From an uncultured Bacillales bacterium (lineage in GTDB: Bacteria > Bacillota_I > Bacilli_A > RFN20 > CAG-826), in NCBI GenBank assembly GCA_946622925.1, contig CAMOQM010000001.1:1-34927 (forward strand): 34,927 nucleotides of DNA. The letters run 5' to 3'. Every line of letters begins with the position of its first letter. The stretch's first letter is position 1. Below the pieces are notes generated by a model. It searched no databases. It had not been told where the DNA came from and saw only the letters and a program-made list of their open reading frames with translations. Position numbers and translations under genes: made by a program. Below, one piece after another: positions 16,379 to 25,556 of the stretch.

Positions 16379-17565
16379 AATTCCACCAAATCGTTACTTC
16401 TTTATTAGACACCGACCTCTATAAGTTCAATATGAACCAGGTTATTTTCCATAAGCATAATAACCTGCTTGGGGAATATATCTTCAAATGTCGTAACAAA
16501 GGCGTGAGTTTTGACGAAGAGATGGTTAAGGAAATAAACGAGCAAATCGACGCTTTATGCAAACTTCGCTTTAAAAAGGAGGAGCTAGATTATCTCCGTT
16601 CCATCCGTTTCCTTAAACCCGACTATATCGAATTCCTGCGTTTATGGCATCCGATGCGCGACTATGTTAGCTGCGCCCTCCTGCCTAATGGCGATTTGGA
16701 TATCCGGGTTAGGGGACCCCTTTTCTCGGCCATGCAATTTGAGATCTACCTATTAGAGATAGTCAACGAAGTCTATTTCCGTTCCCGTTATGATTACGAT
16801 GAGCTAATCAAAGGGGCAAGGGAAAGGCTTAACGAGAAGGTTAAGAAGTTCAATGACGGAACCTATACCTTTAAGTTCGCCGAATTCGGCTGTCGGAGGA
16901 GATTGTCCCTAGAATGGGAAGACGAGATGATCGCCACCTTGCTTAAGAATTGCAAGTGTTTAGTGGGTACCTCCAATGTCTTATTGGCTAAGAAATACGG
17001 CATTACCCCGATTGGTACCTATGCCCATGAATTCGTGCAGATGTACCAAGGCATCCATGAGATTCCTTTGGCCTATACCAATGCCCACGCATTGCACGAC
17101 TGGTATGACGAATATAAAGGCGATAACGGCACGGCTTTGACCGATACCTTAACCACCGATTTGTTCTTATTAGATTTCGACCGCTCGATGTGCAACAACT
17201 TCACCGGGGTCCGTCATGACTCGGGCGATCCCTATGAGTGGGGCGAGAAGATAATCTCCCATTATCTAAGCTATGGCATCGATCCTAGCACCAAGACTTT
17301 ACTATTCTCCGATTCTTTAAATTGCGATAAGGCCGAGGCGTTATATCGTTATTTTAAAGGCCGGACCAAAGTCGCCTTTGGCATCGGCACCCATTTTAGT
17401 AACGATACCGGGGTAGAAGCCCTTAATATCGTCATTAAACTCCAATATGTAAACGGGGTGCCCGTGGCGAAATTATCCGACGCCGAAGGCAAAACCATGT
17501 GCCAAGACCCCGATTATGCCAAATATCTCCATGACTCCGTGGAGTGGAGATTAAAGAACTCCTAA
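16375..17565 (+). CDS. pncB: Nicotinate phosphoribosyltransferase
   Basis: LLDTDLYKFNMNQ N-terminal signature, GTYAHEFVQ, 396 aa. Confidence 0.85.
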   Translation: MKFHQIVTSLLDTDLYKFNMNQVIFHKHNNLLGEYIFKCRNKGVSFDEEMVKEINEQIDALCKLRFKKEELDYLRSIRFLKPDYIEFLRLWHPMRDYVSCALLPNGDLDIRVRGPLFSAMQFEIYLLEIVNEVYFRSRYDYDELIKGARERLNEKVKKFNDGTYTFKFAEFGCRRRLSLEWEDEMIATLLKNCKCLVGTSNVLLAKKYGITPIGTYAHEFVQMYQGIHEIPLAYTNAHALHDWYDEYKGDNGTALTDTLTTDLFLLDFDRSMCNNFTGVRHDSGDPYEWGEKIISHYLSYGIDPSTKTLLFSDSLNCDKAEALYRYFKGRTKVAFGIGTHFSNDTGVEALNIVIKLQYVNGVPVAKLSDAEGKTMCQDPDYAKYLHDSVEWRLKNS

Positions 17566-17736
17566 TCCCTCCAATTACGTATTTTGGAAACTAGAAAACC
17601 CAAAAAGATTACCAAAATGAAATGCGGTAGTCTTTTCTTTATAGTCTCAACGGAAAAAACTCGATGACATCGAAAGTGGGCTAAGAAACTGACCATGTAA
17701 CCCCCTCTTTACATAGTAAATAAAACTTCTAAATCG

Positions 17737-17764
17737 TTTACAAAGCCCCGTTCATCCCTATAAT
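17737..17764 (+). promoter_or_regulatory. Promoter of the 13-kb surface/ABC/nuclease operon
   Basis: TTTACA (17737-17742), 16-nt spacer, TATAAT (17759-17764). The first ATG is at 17774 with no Shine-Dalgarno. Confidence 0.55.
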
Positions 17765-17773
17765 ATTTAGGAT

Positions 17774-19852
17774 ATGGAAAAAGCATATCTCTCCATGGCC
17801 TCTAACGGGGCTTCTAAAAAGAAGGGAATCAAGAAGCTGTTTGGTTTGGGTCTTTTGGCCGGCTTGACCGCCCTTTCTCTTTCTTTGATTTCCGGATTTA
17901 CTACCAGCACTAAGGCGAGCGAGGTTTTGGCTGGAAATGATGAAAGTGAGCAACTAGTTAGTAACGATGTGCTCACTTTTTCGGTTTCGACTTCGGCCGC
18001 GACCTCAAATTCGCATTCCTTCCAGTGTCAAGCTTCGGCTACTAAGATCGAAGCATTGTCCAACTCTTCAAGGCTAAACAACGTCTTCGTAATCGCTAAC
18101 GATTCCTCCTTCCCCGCCTCCATTACCGAGGCCGTCGATGCCGCTAAGGAAGCCCAAAAAGCCGCCGAGGATGCCGGAGAAGAATATGTCGCTCCGCACT
18201 ATAACGCCTCCGTCTATTGCGTCTATAATGCCACGGAAGCCAATTCCGATATCGTTATCCCTTCCACCGTCAATTACGCCGGCTATTTCGTCTTTGATGT
18301 CACTTCGATTGGCCCCGAAGCTTGCTACGACCACGAAAACCTCAAGGAAATCAGCTATAACAATATCGATTCGATAACCATCCCATCGACCATTAAGACC
18401 ATCGTTCCCAACGCCTTCATCGGCGCCAAGGAAGCCGGCATTAAGTTCTATGTCCAAGCCGCTGATTCAACCGGATTTGAACCTGGTTGGACCGATGCCG
18501 AAGACATCACCTATAGCGCCGATATGTCCTCGGCTAGAAGCAAACTCAACGTTTCCGCCGCCGCCGGCATCCGTCTATTTGGCGAAAGTAAGGACTTCCT
18601 AATCGGCATCAAGCGCGAAGGCTATGATTATCCTTTAATCGCCCAATATCGTTTGCTCGACTCCGCCAATAAGCAAGTTGGCGATCTCCGTAGAATCGAG
18701 CTCCCCATAACCTCCACCAATGCCGACTATGACGCCGTCGGTTCTAGCATGGGAAGTTCCACCAAAACCTTCGTCGTCGATATTCCCGTCCCCGATGGAC
18801 TCCATGTCGATGATAAGTCATTAACCTTTCATAACGTCTACGCCGCCAAGCGTGTCGAAGAACCCGGCAAAGGCTATGTTACCGTCCCCGACCTCGAAGA
18901 AGGCGAGTATTATGCGGTTCCCCGTTTCGCCTTTGAGCAGACCGCGACCTTCGAAACCCTCTTTACCAACCGTCCCGGCTCCTTGAACTCCTTCGGCGAT
19001 TTCACCAAGGTCGGTTTAATCGTCAAACGCGAATTAAGCGCTTATGAAGCTTTGCTTCCTAGGGCCTATGCCAACTATAAGAAAGAAATCCTTTCCGGAG
19101 CCTATTCCATCCGTCACCAATTCACCTCTTTGGCTCAGTCGACTTACCATATCACCTATGAAGTCAATGGTGGCCTCGTGACCAAAGACGTTAAGGTTTC
19201 TACTCCGATTACCAACGCCATCATCAATTCCACCGGTGAATACGAAGTCGGCTTCCTTATCAATAACGCCGACGTCGGTCCTGGATTCTCCGCCGATTCG
19301 CTAAAGGATATCGACATCTGCGGATTCTCAATTAAGATCGACCTTCTTAACAACGAAAAGAATTCCCGTGTCAATAAGTCTGACCTTACCATCCGTTTCT
19401 CTTCATTAACTTTAATTAAGTCCGGATCGGTCGAACCCGCGGCCAAAATCAACGTCACCTTGACCACTGTCTTGGTATTCGTTATCTACGCCGCTATCTA
19501 CGCCGCCGTGGTAACCGCCTATTACTTCTACGCCAAGAATAAATATAAGAACGATGAATTCCGCCGCGTCGACGGCAAGAAGTTCCTTAAGTCCGCCATC
19601 AAAAACGGCATCGGACTTGGCATTTTGGTGGGAGCCATCTTCTTCATCTATGCCCGTTGGGGACTATTTGAATCGACCGTCGTCGTCTATAACCCGATCG
19701 ACGTCTTCGTCATCATCTTCTCCATCGCTGGCTTGATCTACGCTGGCTTTGCCATCAAGAACATCGTTACCTCTATTAAGAATAACCGCAAACGTAAAGA
19801 AGCCGCCCGTCTCCACCTCGATGAGGACAAAGACGAAGACGGTACCAACTAA
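17774..19852 (+). CDS. Large membrane-anchored surface protein with BspA-type LRR-like segment and three C-terminal TM helices
   Basis: N-terminal hydrophobic segment LFGLGLLAGLTALSLSLISGF. IVIPSTVNYAGYFVFDVTSIGPEAC...ITIPSTIKTIVPNAFIG resembles BspA-like leucine-rich repeats. C-terminal TM segments: LTTVLVFVIYAAIYAAVVTAYYFY, GIGLGILVGAIFFIY, VFVIIFSIAGLIYAGFAI. The start could instead be the ATG at 17795. Confidence 0.6.
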   Translation: MEKAYLSMASNGASKKKGIKKLFGLGLLAGLTALSLSLISGFTTSTKASEVLAGNDESEQLVSNDVLTFSVSTSAATSNSHSFQCQASATKIEALSNSSRLNNVFVIANDSSFPASITEAVDAAKEAQKAAEDAGEEYVAPHYNASVYCVYNATEANSDIVIPSTVNYAGYFVFDVTSIGPEACYDHENLKEISYNNIDSITIPSTIKTIVPNAFIGAKEAGIKFYVQAADSTGFEPGWTDAEDITYSADMSSARSKLNVSAAAGIRLFGESKDFLIGIKREGYDYPLIAQYRLLDSANKQVGDLRRIELPITSTNADYDAVGSSMGSSTKTFVVDIPVPDGLHVDDKSLTFHNVYAAKRVEEPGKGYVTVPDLEEGEYYAVPRFAFEQTATFETLFTNRPGSLNSFGDFTKVGLIVKRELSAYEALLPRAYANYKKEILSGAYSIRHQFTSLAQSTYHITYEVNGGLVTKDVKVSTPITNAIINSTGEYEVGFLINNADVGPGFSADSLKDIDICGFSIKIDLLNNEKNSRVNKSDLTIRFSSLTLIKSGSVEPAAKINVTLTTVLVFVIYAAIYAAVVTAYYFYAKNKYKNDEFRRVDGKKFLKSAIKNGIGLGILVGAIFFIYARWGLFESTVVVYNPIDVFVIIFSIAGLIYAGFAIKNIVTSIKNNRKRKEAARLHLDEDKDEDGTN

Positions 19853-19873
19853 AGGAAATAAAGGAGAGATAAT

Positions 19874-21841
19874 ATGGAAATCCGCATTAAGGACCTTACC
19901 AAAATCTTCCCCGGTGACGCGAAGAAGAATATCCGCGACACCATCGCCGTTAAGGATATGGACTTCACCGTCCCCGATGGCAAACTAGTCGGTTTACTCG
20001 GCCCCTCGGGCTGCGGCAAATCCACGACCCTTTATATGATTTCCGGCCTTCAAGTCCCAACTTCCGGCGAAGTTTGGTTCGGCGACCAGGAAGTCACCAA
20101 CCTCTCTCCTGAAAAGCGTGGTATCGGCTTAGTCTTCCAGAACTATGCCCTTTATCCGCATATGACCATCTATAAGAACATCGAATTCCCCTTAACTAAC
20201 CTTAAGGTCGAGGTTCCTTTGGTCACTTTCTACGATTTCACCTTAGAATTTGGCTACACCATGAAAGCCGATGACGAAGTCCAAGGTATCGTCAGATCTT
20301 TAGGTACCTTAGTCAGGAAAATCGGCTTAAAGAACAAGCAAGCCAGCATCGATCCTAAACTTGAAGGCAATAAACTCCATGTTACCGTCGTTCTCCATAA
20401 CGTCTCTCCCGAAGTCGCCAAATTGTTCAAGGAAAACGCCCCCAAGGTCGTTCCCTTTGAACTAATTAAAGAAAGCCAAGTCCAGACCAGCGAAGCTCTT
20501 TATGATTCTACCGTCAGGGCTACCATCAATAAGATCGGCGAAAACGAAAAGCTCCGTATTGCCATTAAAGGCAAATTAGGAACTAAGTTCGATACCCATA
20601 CCATCGACGAAACCATCAATTCCTTCGTCGGCGCCGCCAAAAATTTTGGTGTCATCGAATCTAAGCTCATCACCAAGACCTCGACCGGCTATGAATTAAT
20701 GGCTAACGTCCATGGCGTCCTCCATAAACAGCTCGATGAATTCATTAAGGCCATTAGCAACGCCCATAATTATCCCGGTGGAGTTGGATATACCATCCTC
20801 GCCGTCGATAACCGCGAATTCGAAAAGGCCGTCCGTGAATACCTAACCGGCGAAAAAGTCGGCTATAGCGATTTCAAACTCTATTTCGACAAGACCCACA
20901 CCAAAGTCTATTTCCGTCTTAAGAGGGTCAATAAGGATAAGGCCGCCGAACTCGTTAAGGAATTAACCCAAAGGCTCGACCTCTCCGATATCGAAATGGA
21001 TACCACCCAGGCCGTTACCCACCGTAAATTAACCAAAGAAGAACGCCGCGATATCGTTTACGATACCGCTAAGCTCGTCCAGGTTGACGAATACCTCGAA
21101 CGTAAGCCGAGTCAACTCTCCGGTGGTCAGCAGCAGCGTGTCGCTATCGCCCGTGCCTTAGTTAAGAAGCCTAGAGTTCTCTTGTTGGATGAACCTTTGT
21201 CTAACTTAGACGCCCGTTTACGTTTACAAACCCGTGAGGAAATCCGCCGTATCCAGCAAGAAACCGGCATCACCACCGTCTTCGTTACCCACGACCAGGA
21301 AGAAGCGATGTCGATTTCCGACCAAATCGTCGTTATGAAGCTCGGCGTCATGCAACAAATCGACGCCCCACAGGAAGTTTATAACAATCCCGCCAACCTC
21401 TTCGTTGCCCAATTCTTAGGCACCCCGCCGATCAACGTATTCCGTGGCCGCCTAGAAGGCAAGAAAGTCATGATTGGTCAAGATTGCGTCTATGAATCCA
21501 AGGAAGACTATGGCGATAAAGACGTCTACGTCGCCATCCGTCCCGAAGGTTTCATCATCGCCAAAGAAGGCGATAAGAACGTCCTCCATGCCGATATGGA
21601 AATGGTTCAGGTCTTAGGCCGTGATATCTCCATCGTTGCCATCAAGCCCAAAGGAACCGAACTCCTCACCAAGAAAGAGGACAAGAAGAAAGACGAGGAA
21701 GAAGAGAAGGCCCAGACCTTCAAGATCATCGTCGCCGCCGAAGATGCCGAAAAGGTCTCCGGCAAAGTTGCCGTCAAGGTCAAACCCAACAAACTATTCG
21801 TCTTCGATGGCGAAACCGAGGAAAGGATTGCCTTGAAGTAG
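19874..21841 (+). CDS. ABC transporter ATP-binding protein, MalK/UgpC type, with ~270-aa insertion in the helical subdomain
   Basis: Walker A GPSGCGKST, Q-loop VFQNYALYPH, signature LSGGQQQR, Walker B LLLDEPLSNLD, H-loop VTHDQ. 655 aa, versus roughly 360-370 aa for typical family members. Confidence 0.9.
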   Translation: MEIRIKDLTKIFPGDAKKNIRDTIAVKDMDFTVPDGKLVGLLGPSGCGKSTTLYMISGLQVPTSGEVWFGDQEVTNLSPEKRGIGLVFQNYALYPHMTIYKNIEFPLTNLKVEVPLVTFYDFTLEFGYTMKADDEVQGIVRSLGTLVRKIGLKNKQASIDPKLEGNKLHVTVVLHNVSPEVAKLFKENAPKVVPFELIKESQVQTSEALYDSTVRATINKIGENEKLRIAIKGKLGTKFDTHTIDETINSFVGAAKNFGVIESKLITKTSTGYELMANVHGVLHKQLDEFIKAISNAHNYPGGVGYTILAVDNREFEKAVREYLTGEKVGYSDFKLYFDKTHTKVYFRLKRVNKDKAAELVKELTQRLDLSDIEMDTTQAVTHRKLTKEERRDIVYDTAKLVQVDEYLERKPSQLSGGQQQRVAIARALVKKPRVLLLDEPLSNLDARLRLQTREEIRRIQQETGITTVFVTHDQEEAMSISDQIVVMKLGVMQQIDAPQEVYNNPANLFVAQFLGTPPINVFRGRLEGKKVMIGQDCVYESKEDYGDKDVYVAIRPEGFIIAKEGDKNVLHADMEMVQVLGRDISIVAIKPKGTELLTKKEDKKKDEEEEKAQTFKIIVAAEDAEKVSGKVAVKVKPNKLFVFDGETEERIALK

Positions 21842-21852
21842 GGGAGTAAGCT

Positions 21853-22947
21853 ATGGGAATTTCTTCGTTATTTAAAAAGAAATCCTTAACCGAACAACCG
21901 CCCACCCTTGGGGTTAACGAGCTTTTCGCCGAAGAGCGGCCCCAATACGAAGAAGGTTATGACAAAGAAAAAGACGTCATAATCCGCATGGTTGGCAAAA
22001 AGTCGGATAAGGCTTATCAAACCCGCGGCATCGAAGATGTCGGCGCAAAGAACAACTGGAAAGGTTGGCTCTATCTCGCCCCGGTCATCATTTTAGTCGC
22101 CGTCTTCTTAATCTATCCTTTGGTCAACACCATCTTCATCGCTTTCACTAGCAATTACAAGTACGCTTCCGGCGAATTCGATGGATTGACCCTTACCAAC
22201 TTCACCTATATCTTGGGCTTAACCGCCTCATCGACGGGCGCGGTTGAAAAAGACTTTGTCAATTACGCCTTGCCCAATACCTTCCTAGTCGTCATCATCA
22301 CCGTTCCGGTATCAACGATGTTATCGTTACTTATCGCGGTCGCCCTTAACTCCATTAAGTGGTTCCAGAAGATTCTCCAAACCATCTTCTTCCTGCCTTA
22401 TGTAACTAACACCATCGCCGTCGGTATGGTCTTCTCGGTTATCTTTGATAAATCCGGTGTTATTAACTTTCTATTCGGAACCGAAACCACTTGGATTTAT
22501 GGGGCCGATAGATGGACCGCCATGGTGCCTTTGATGCTCTACATCGTTTGGGGCTCTATCCCATTTAAGATCTTGGTCTTACTATCTGGCTTACAAGGTA
22601 TCGATAAGCAGTATTATCAAGCCGCTCAAATCGACGCCGCCCCGAAGTCTAAAGTCCTCTTTAAGATCACCGTTCCTCTCTTATCGCCGCAGATCCTATA
22701 TCTCCTTATCACCTCCTTCATCGGGGCGTGGAAGGAATATACGGCCGTCGTCGGCTTGTTCAATGGTCCGGGTACCCTGGGTAAGTCCTCAACCGATAAG
22801 AACATGCTAACCGTCGTCTACTACGTTTACGATAACTTGCAGACCAATACCTCGTCCGCCGCCGCGGCCGCCGTATTGCTATTTGTCATCATCTTAGTCT
22901 TCACCGCCTTGCAATTCTGGGCGTCGAAGAAGAGGGTCCATTATTAA
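21853..22947 (+). CDS. ABC transporter permease (MalF/UgpA-like)
   Basis: Multiple TM segments and an EAA-type loop, IDKQYYQAAQIDAAPKSKVLFKITVPLLSP. Confidence 0.85.
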   Translation: MGISSLFKKKSLTEQPPTLGVNELFAEERPQYEEGYDKEKDVIIRMVGKKSDKAYQTRGIEDVGAKNNWKGWLYLAPVIILVAVFLIYPLVNTIFIAFTSNYKYASGEFDGLTLTNFTYILGLTASSTGAVEKDFVNYALPNTFLVVIITVPVSTMLSLLIAVALNSIKWFQKILQTIFFLPYVTNTIAVGMVFSVIFDKSGVINFLFGTETTWIYGADRWTAMVPLMLYIVWGSIPFKILVLLSGLQGIDKQYYQAAQIDAAPKSKVLFKITVPLLSPQILYLLITSFIGAWKEYTAVVGLFNGPGTLGKSSTDKNMLTVVYYVYDNLQTNTSSAAAAAVLLFVIILVFTALQFWASKKRVHY

Positions 22948-22959
22948 GGAGGTATCGAC

Positions 22960-23952
22960 ATGGAAAATCAAAATACTGCCCCAGTAATGGCCAAACAAAC
23001 TTACATCGACTTCAAAAACGTCAAGGTCAATGACGATATCGTCTTATCCTTGGAAGAAGCCGGCAAAACCGTCGACGCGATTAAGCGTGCAGAGAAGGTC
23101 AGCCATATCATCATGACGATATTCACCTATATCTTCATCTTGGCTCTAGCTTTAGTGGTGGTCTTCCCCTTCTACTGGATGATCATCACCTCCTTAAAGC
23201 AAAACGACGAAATCCGGGCGGCCCAACAGACCTTCTTCCCGACCATCGTCATGTGGAGCAACTACACCCACGTCTTCCAGGTCTTCGACTTCGTGACCTA
23301 TATGAAGAACACCGTCGTCGTCGCCATATTCTCGACGATCGGTACCTTGCTTACCACCATCTTAGCGGCCTTCGCCTTCGCAAGGCTTCGCTTCAAAGGC
23401 AAGGAATCCGTCTTCGCTATCTTCCTAATGACGATGATGATTCCAGGCGAAATGATGGTTATTACCAACTACATCACCGTCGCTTCATTTGGCTGGGTTG
23501 GTGAGAACCAAACCTTGATGGATGCCTATCTTGCCATGATCGTTCCGTTCTGGATCTCGGTCTTCTACATTTATTTGCTAAGACAGAATTTCAAACAGAT
23601 TCCAAATGAATTATACTTAGCAGCTAAAGTGGACGGGAAATCCGACTGGTCCTACCTCTGGAAAGTCATGGTCCCGCTTGCCTCCCCAACCTTAATTTCC
23701 ATCACCATCTTGAAGTTCATGGGTACCTGGAACTCCTATGTCTGGCCTAACTTAGTCACTTCTAAGTCCGAGTATAGGTTAATCTCCAATGGTCTTCGTG
23801 GTTCGGCCTTCGTCGATATCGACATGGGTATCACCTTCTATGGTTATCAAACCGCCGCGACCATGTTAGTCACCGTGCCTTTGTTCCTCCTCTTCATCTT
23901 CTTCAGGAAGTACATCATGAAAGGCGTCGGGCGCGCCGGCATCAAAGGCTAA
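22960..23952 (+). CDS. ABC transporter permease (MalG/UgpE-like)
   Basis: EAA-type loop ELYLAAKVDGKSDWSYLWKVMVPLASP. AAGGAGG RBS. Confidence 0.85.
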   Translation: MENQNTAPVMAKQTYIDFKNVKVNDDIVLSLEEAGKTVDAIKRAEKVSHIIMTIFTYIFILALALVVVFPFYWMIITSLKQNDEIRAAQQTFFPTIVMWSNYTHVFQVFDFVTYMKNTVVVAIFSTIGTLLTTILAAFAFARLRFKGKESVFAIFLMTMMIPGEMMVITNYITVASFGWVGENQTLMDAYLAMIVPFWISVFYIYLLRQNFKQIPNELYLAAKVDGKSDWSYLWKVMVPLASPTLISITILKFMGTWNSYVWPNLVTSKSEYRLISNGLRGSAFVDIDMGITFYGYQTAATMLVTVPLFLLFIFFRKYIMKGVGRAGIKG

Positions 23953-24026
23953 TCGCCCCTTAATCACATTGGTTTATCCTGCGTCGTGCAGATAAATAGA
24001 AATCTTTATTGAAAAGGAGAATGAAA

Positions 24027-25487
24027 ATGTCATTCAAAAAAATCGTCCTACCGGTTGCGGCTGCGATGCTAATGGCCTCTTGTGGCACTCCGGCTTCCAG
24101 CTCTTCCGCCGCTGCCACCGGTATCATCAAAGAAGCGACCACCATCACCTTCTGGTCCACCTTCAACGACGAGTATCAAGGCACCATCAATTCCATCATC
24201 GAAGCCTTCAAGAAAGTCGAACCCAACGTTACCGTCAATAACGTCAAGGAATCCGGTTCCTACACCGACTTAAAGGACAAAGTCGTCGACAACCTCGCCG
24301 CCGGCAGCCATCCCGATATGTTCGTTGGTTATCCTGACTCCGTCCAGGAACTCATGCAATATAATGCTGTCGTCAACCTCGATCCTTATATGAATAACAA
24401 GGACTATGGTTGGACCGAAGCCGACAAGGCCGACATCATCGAAGCCTACTTAGCTGAAGGCCGCGCCTATCCGGTCGAAGGCACCTGGTCTGTTCCTGTT
24501 GCCAAGTCCACCGAGGCCATGTATTACAACCGCGATGCCTTAATCAACCTCGATCTCTCTGCTGAAGATGCCACCATCAACGAAGGCAAACCTTTAACCG
24601 AAGCCTATCTCAACAACCTCACTTGGGAAGAACTATTCGGTAAGCTTTGCCCGGCTATCGTCAAGCATAACGAAAAGCTCCCCGCCGATAAGAAGATCCT
24701 TGGAACCAACGCCGACTATACGACCACCGTCTTCGGCTATGACTCCGACGATAACCTCTTTATCACCCTTGCCGAACAATATGGCTATGGCTATACCTCC
24801 GTCGACACTGCGACCGGCAAAGGCTCCGTTGACTTCGTTAACGATGGTATGAAGGGTCTAGTTAAGAACTTTGCTAGCAAGCATAACATGGAAGGCCTCC
24901 CGTATTTCTTCACCAAAGGCTCCAACAACAATAACTACACCAACTACACCTTCACCGCGGGTTGCTCCCTCTTCTCCGTCGGTTCCACCGGTGGATCTGG
25001 CTACCAAGTCTCGCAACTCTTCGATACCGGCGTCGCCAAAATCCCCCATGCCCAAGGCAAAGCCGCCAAGGTCATCAACCAGGGTCCGTCCATTGCCGTT
25101 TTGAACCACAACGACAATAACCGTGCCTTGGCTTCCTGGCTCTTCTATAAGTTCTTCACCAACGAAAAGAACGCCGCCGCTTGGGCCATCAACTCCGGTT
25201 ACAACCCGATCCGTTACTCCACCTTAGACTCCCCCGAGTATGCCGAATACTCCACCTTAGAAGGCAAGCCCGCCAGCTCCAAGGAAATCGTTAAGGCTCG
25301 TGTCGCCCAATACGTTACCACCGTTTCCAAAGACCTCTTCGCGAGCCCCGTCTTCAAAGGTTCCGCCGAAGCCCGTACCCAGGTTGGTTCGCTTATGATT
25401 CAAGCCCTAACCACCAAAGGACTCGACGACACCAAGCTCAACAAGCTCTTCGACGACGCCAAGAACAACGTCTTGAAGAAGATGTAA
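24027..25487 (+). CDS. Extracellular solute-binding lipoprotein 1 (family 1 SBP)
   Basis: MSFKKIVLPVAAAMLMASCG lipobox. The ATG at 24027 is 6 nt after AAAGGAGA, so the tracked TTG at 24009 is unlikely. Paralogous to the next gene. Confidence 0.8.
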   Translation: MSFKKIVLPVAAAMLMASCGTPASSSSAAATGIIKEATTITFWSTFNDEYQGTINSIIEAFKKVEPNVTVNNVKESGSYTDLKDKVVDNLAAGSHPDMFVGYPDSVQELMQYNAVVNLDPYMNNKDYGWTEADKADIIEAYLAEGRAYPVEGTWSVPVAKSTEAMYYNRDALINLDLSAEDATINEGKPLTEAYLNNLTWEELFGKLCPAIVKHNEKLPADKKILGTNADYTTTVFGYDSDDNLFITLAEQYGYGYTSVDTATGKGSVDFVNDGMKGLVKNFASKHNMEGLPYFFTKGSNNNNYTNYTFTAGCSLFSVGSTGGSGYQVSQLFDTGVAKIPHAQGKAAKVINQGPSIAVLNHNDNNRALASWLFYKFFTNEKNAAAWAINSGYNPIRYSTLDSPEYAEYSTLEGKPASSKEIVKARVAQYVTTVSKDLFASPVFKGSAEARTQVGSLMIQALTTKGLDDTKLNKLFDDAKNNVLKKM

Positions 25488-25556
25488 TCTAACTACTTAA
25501 GTAGTTTGAATTAAATCTCAATTACCCCCGCCCTTCTGGGCAAAAGGAGAAAGACC

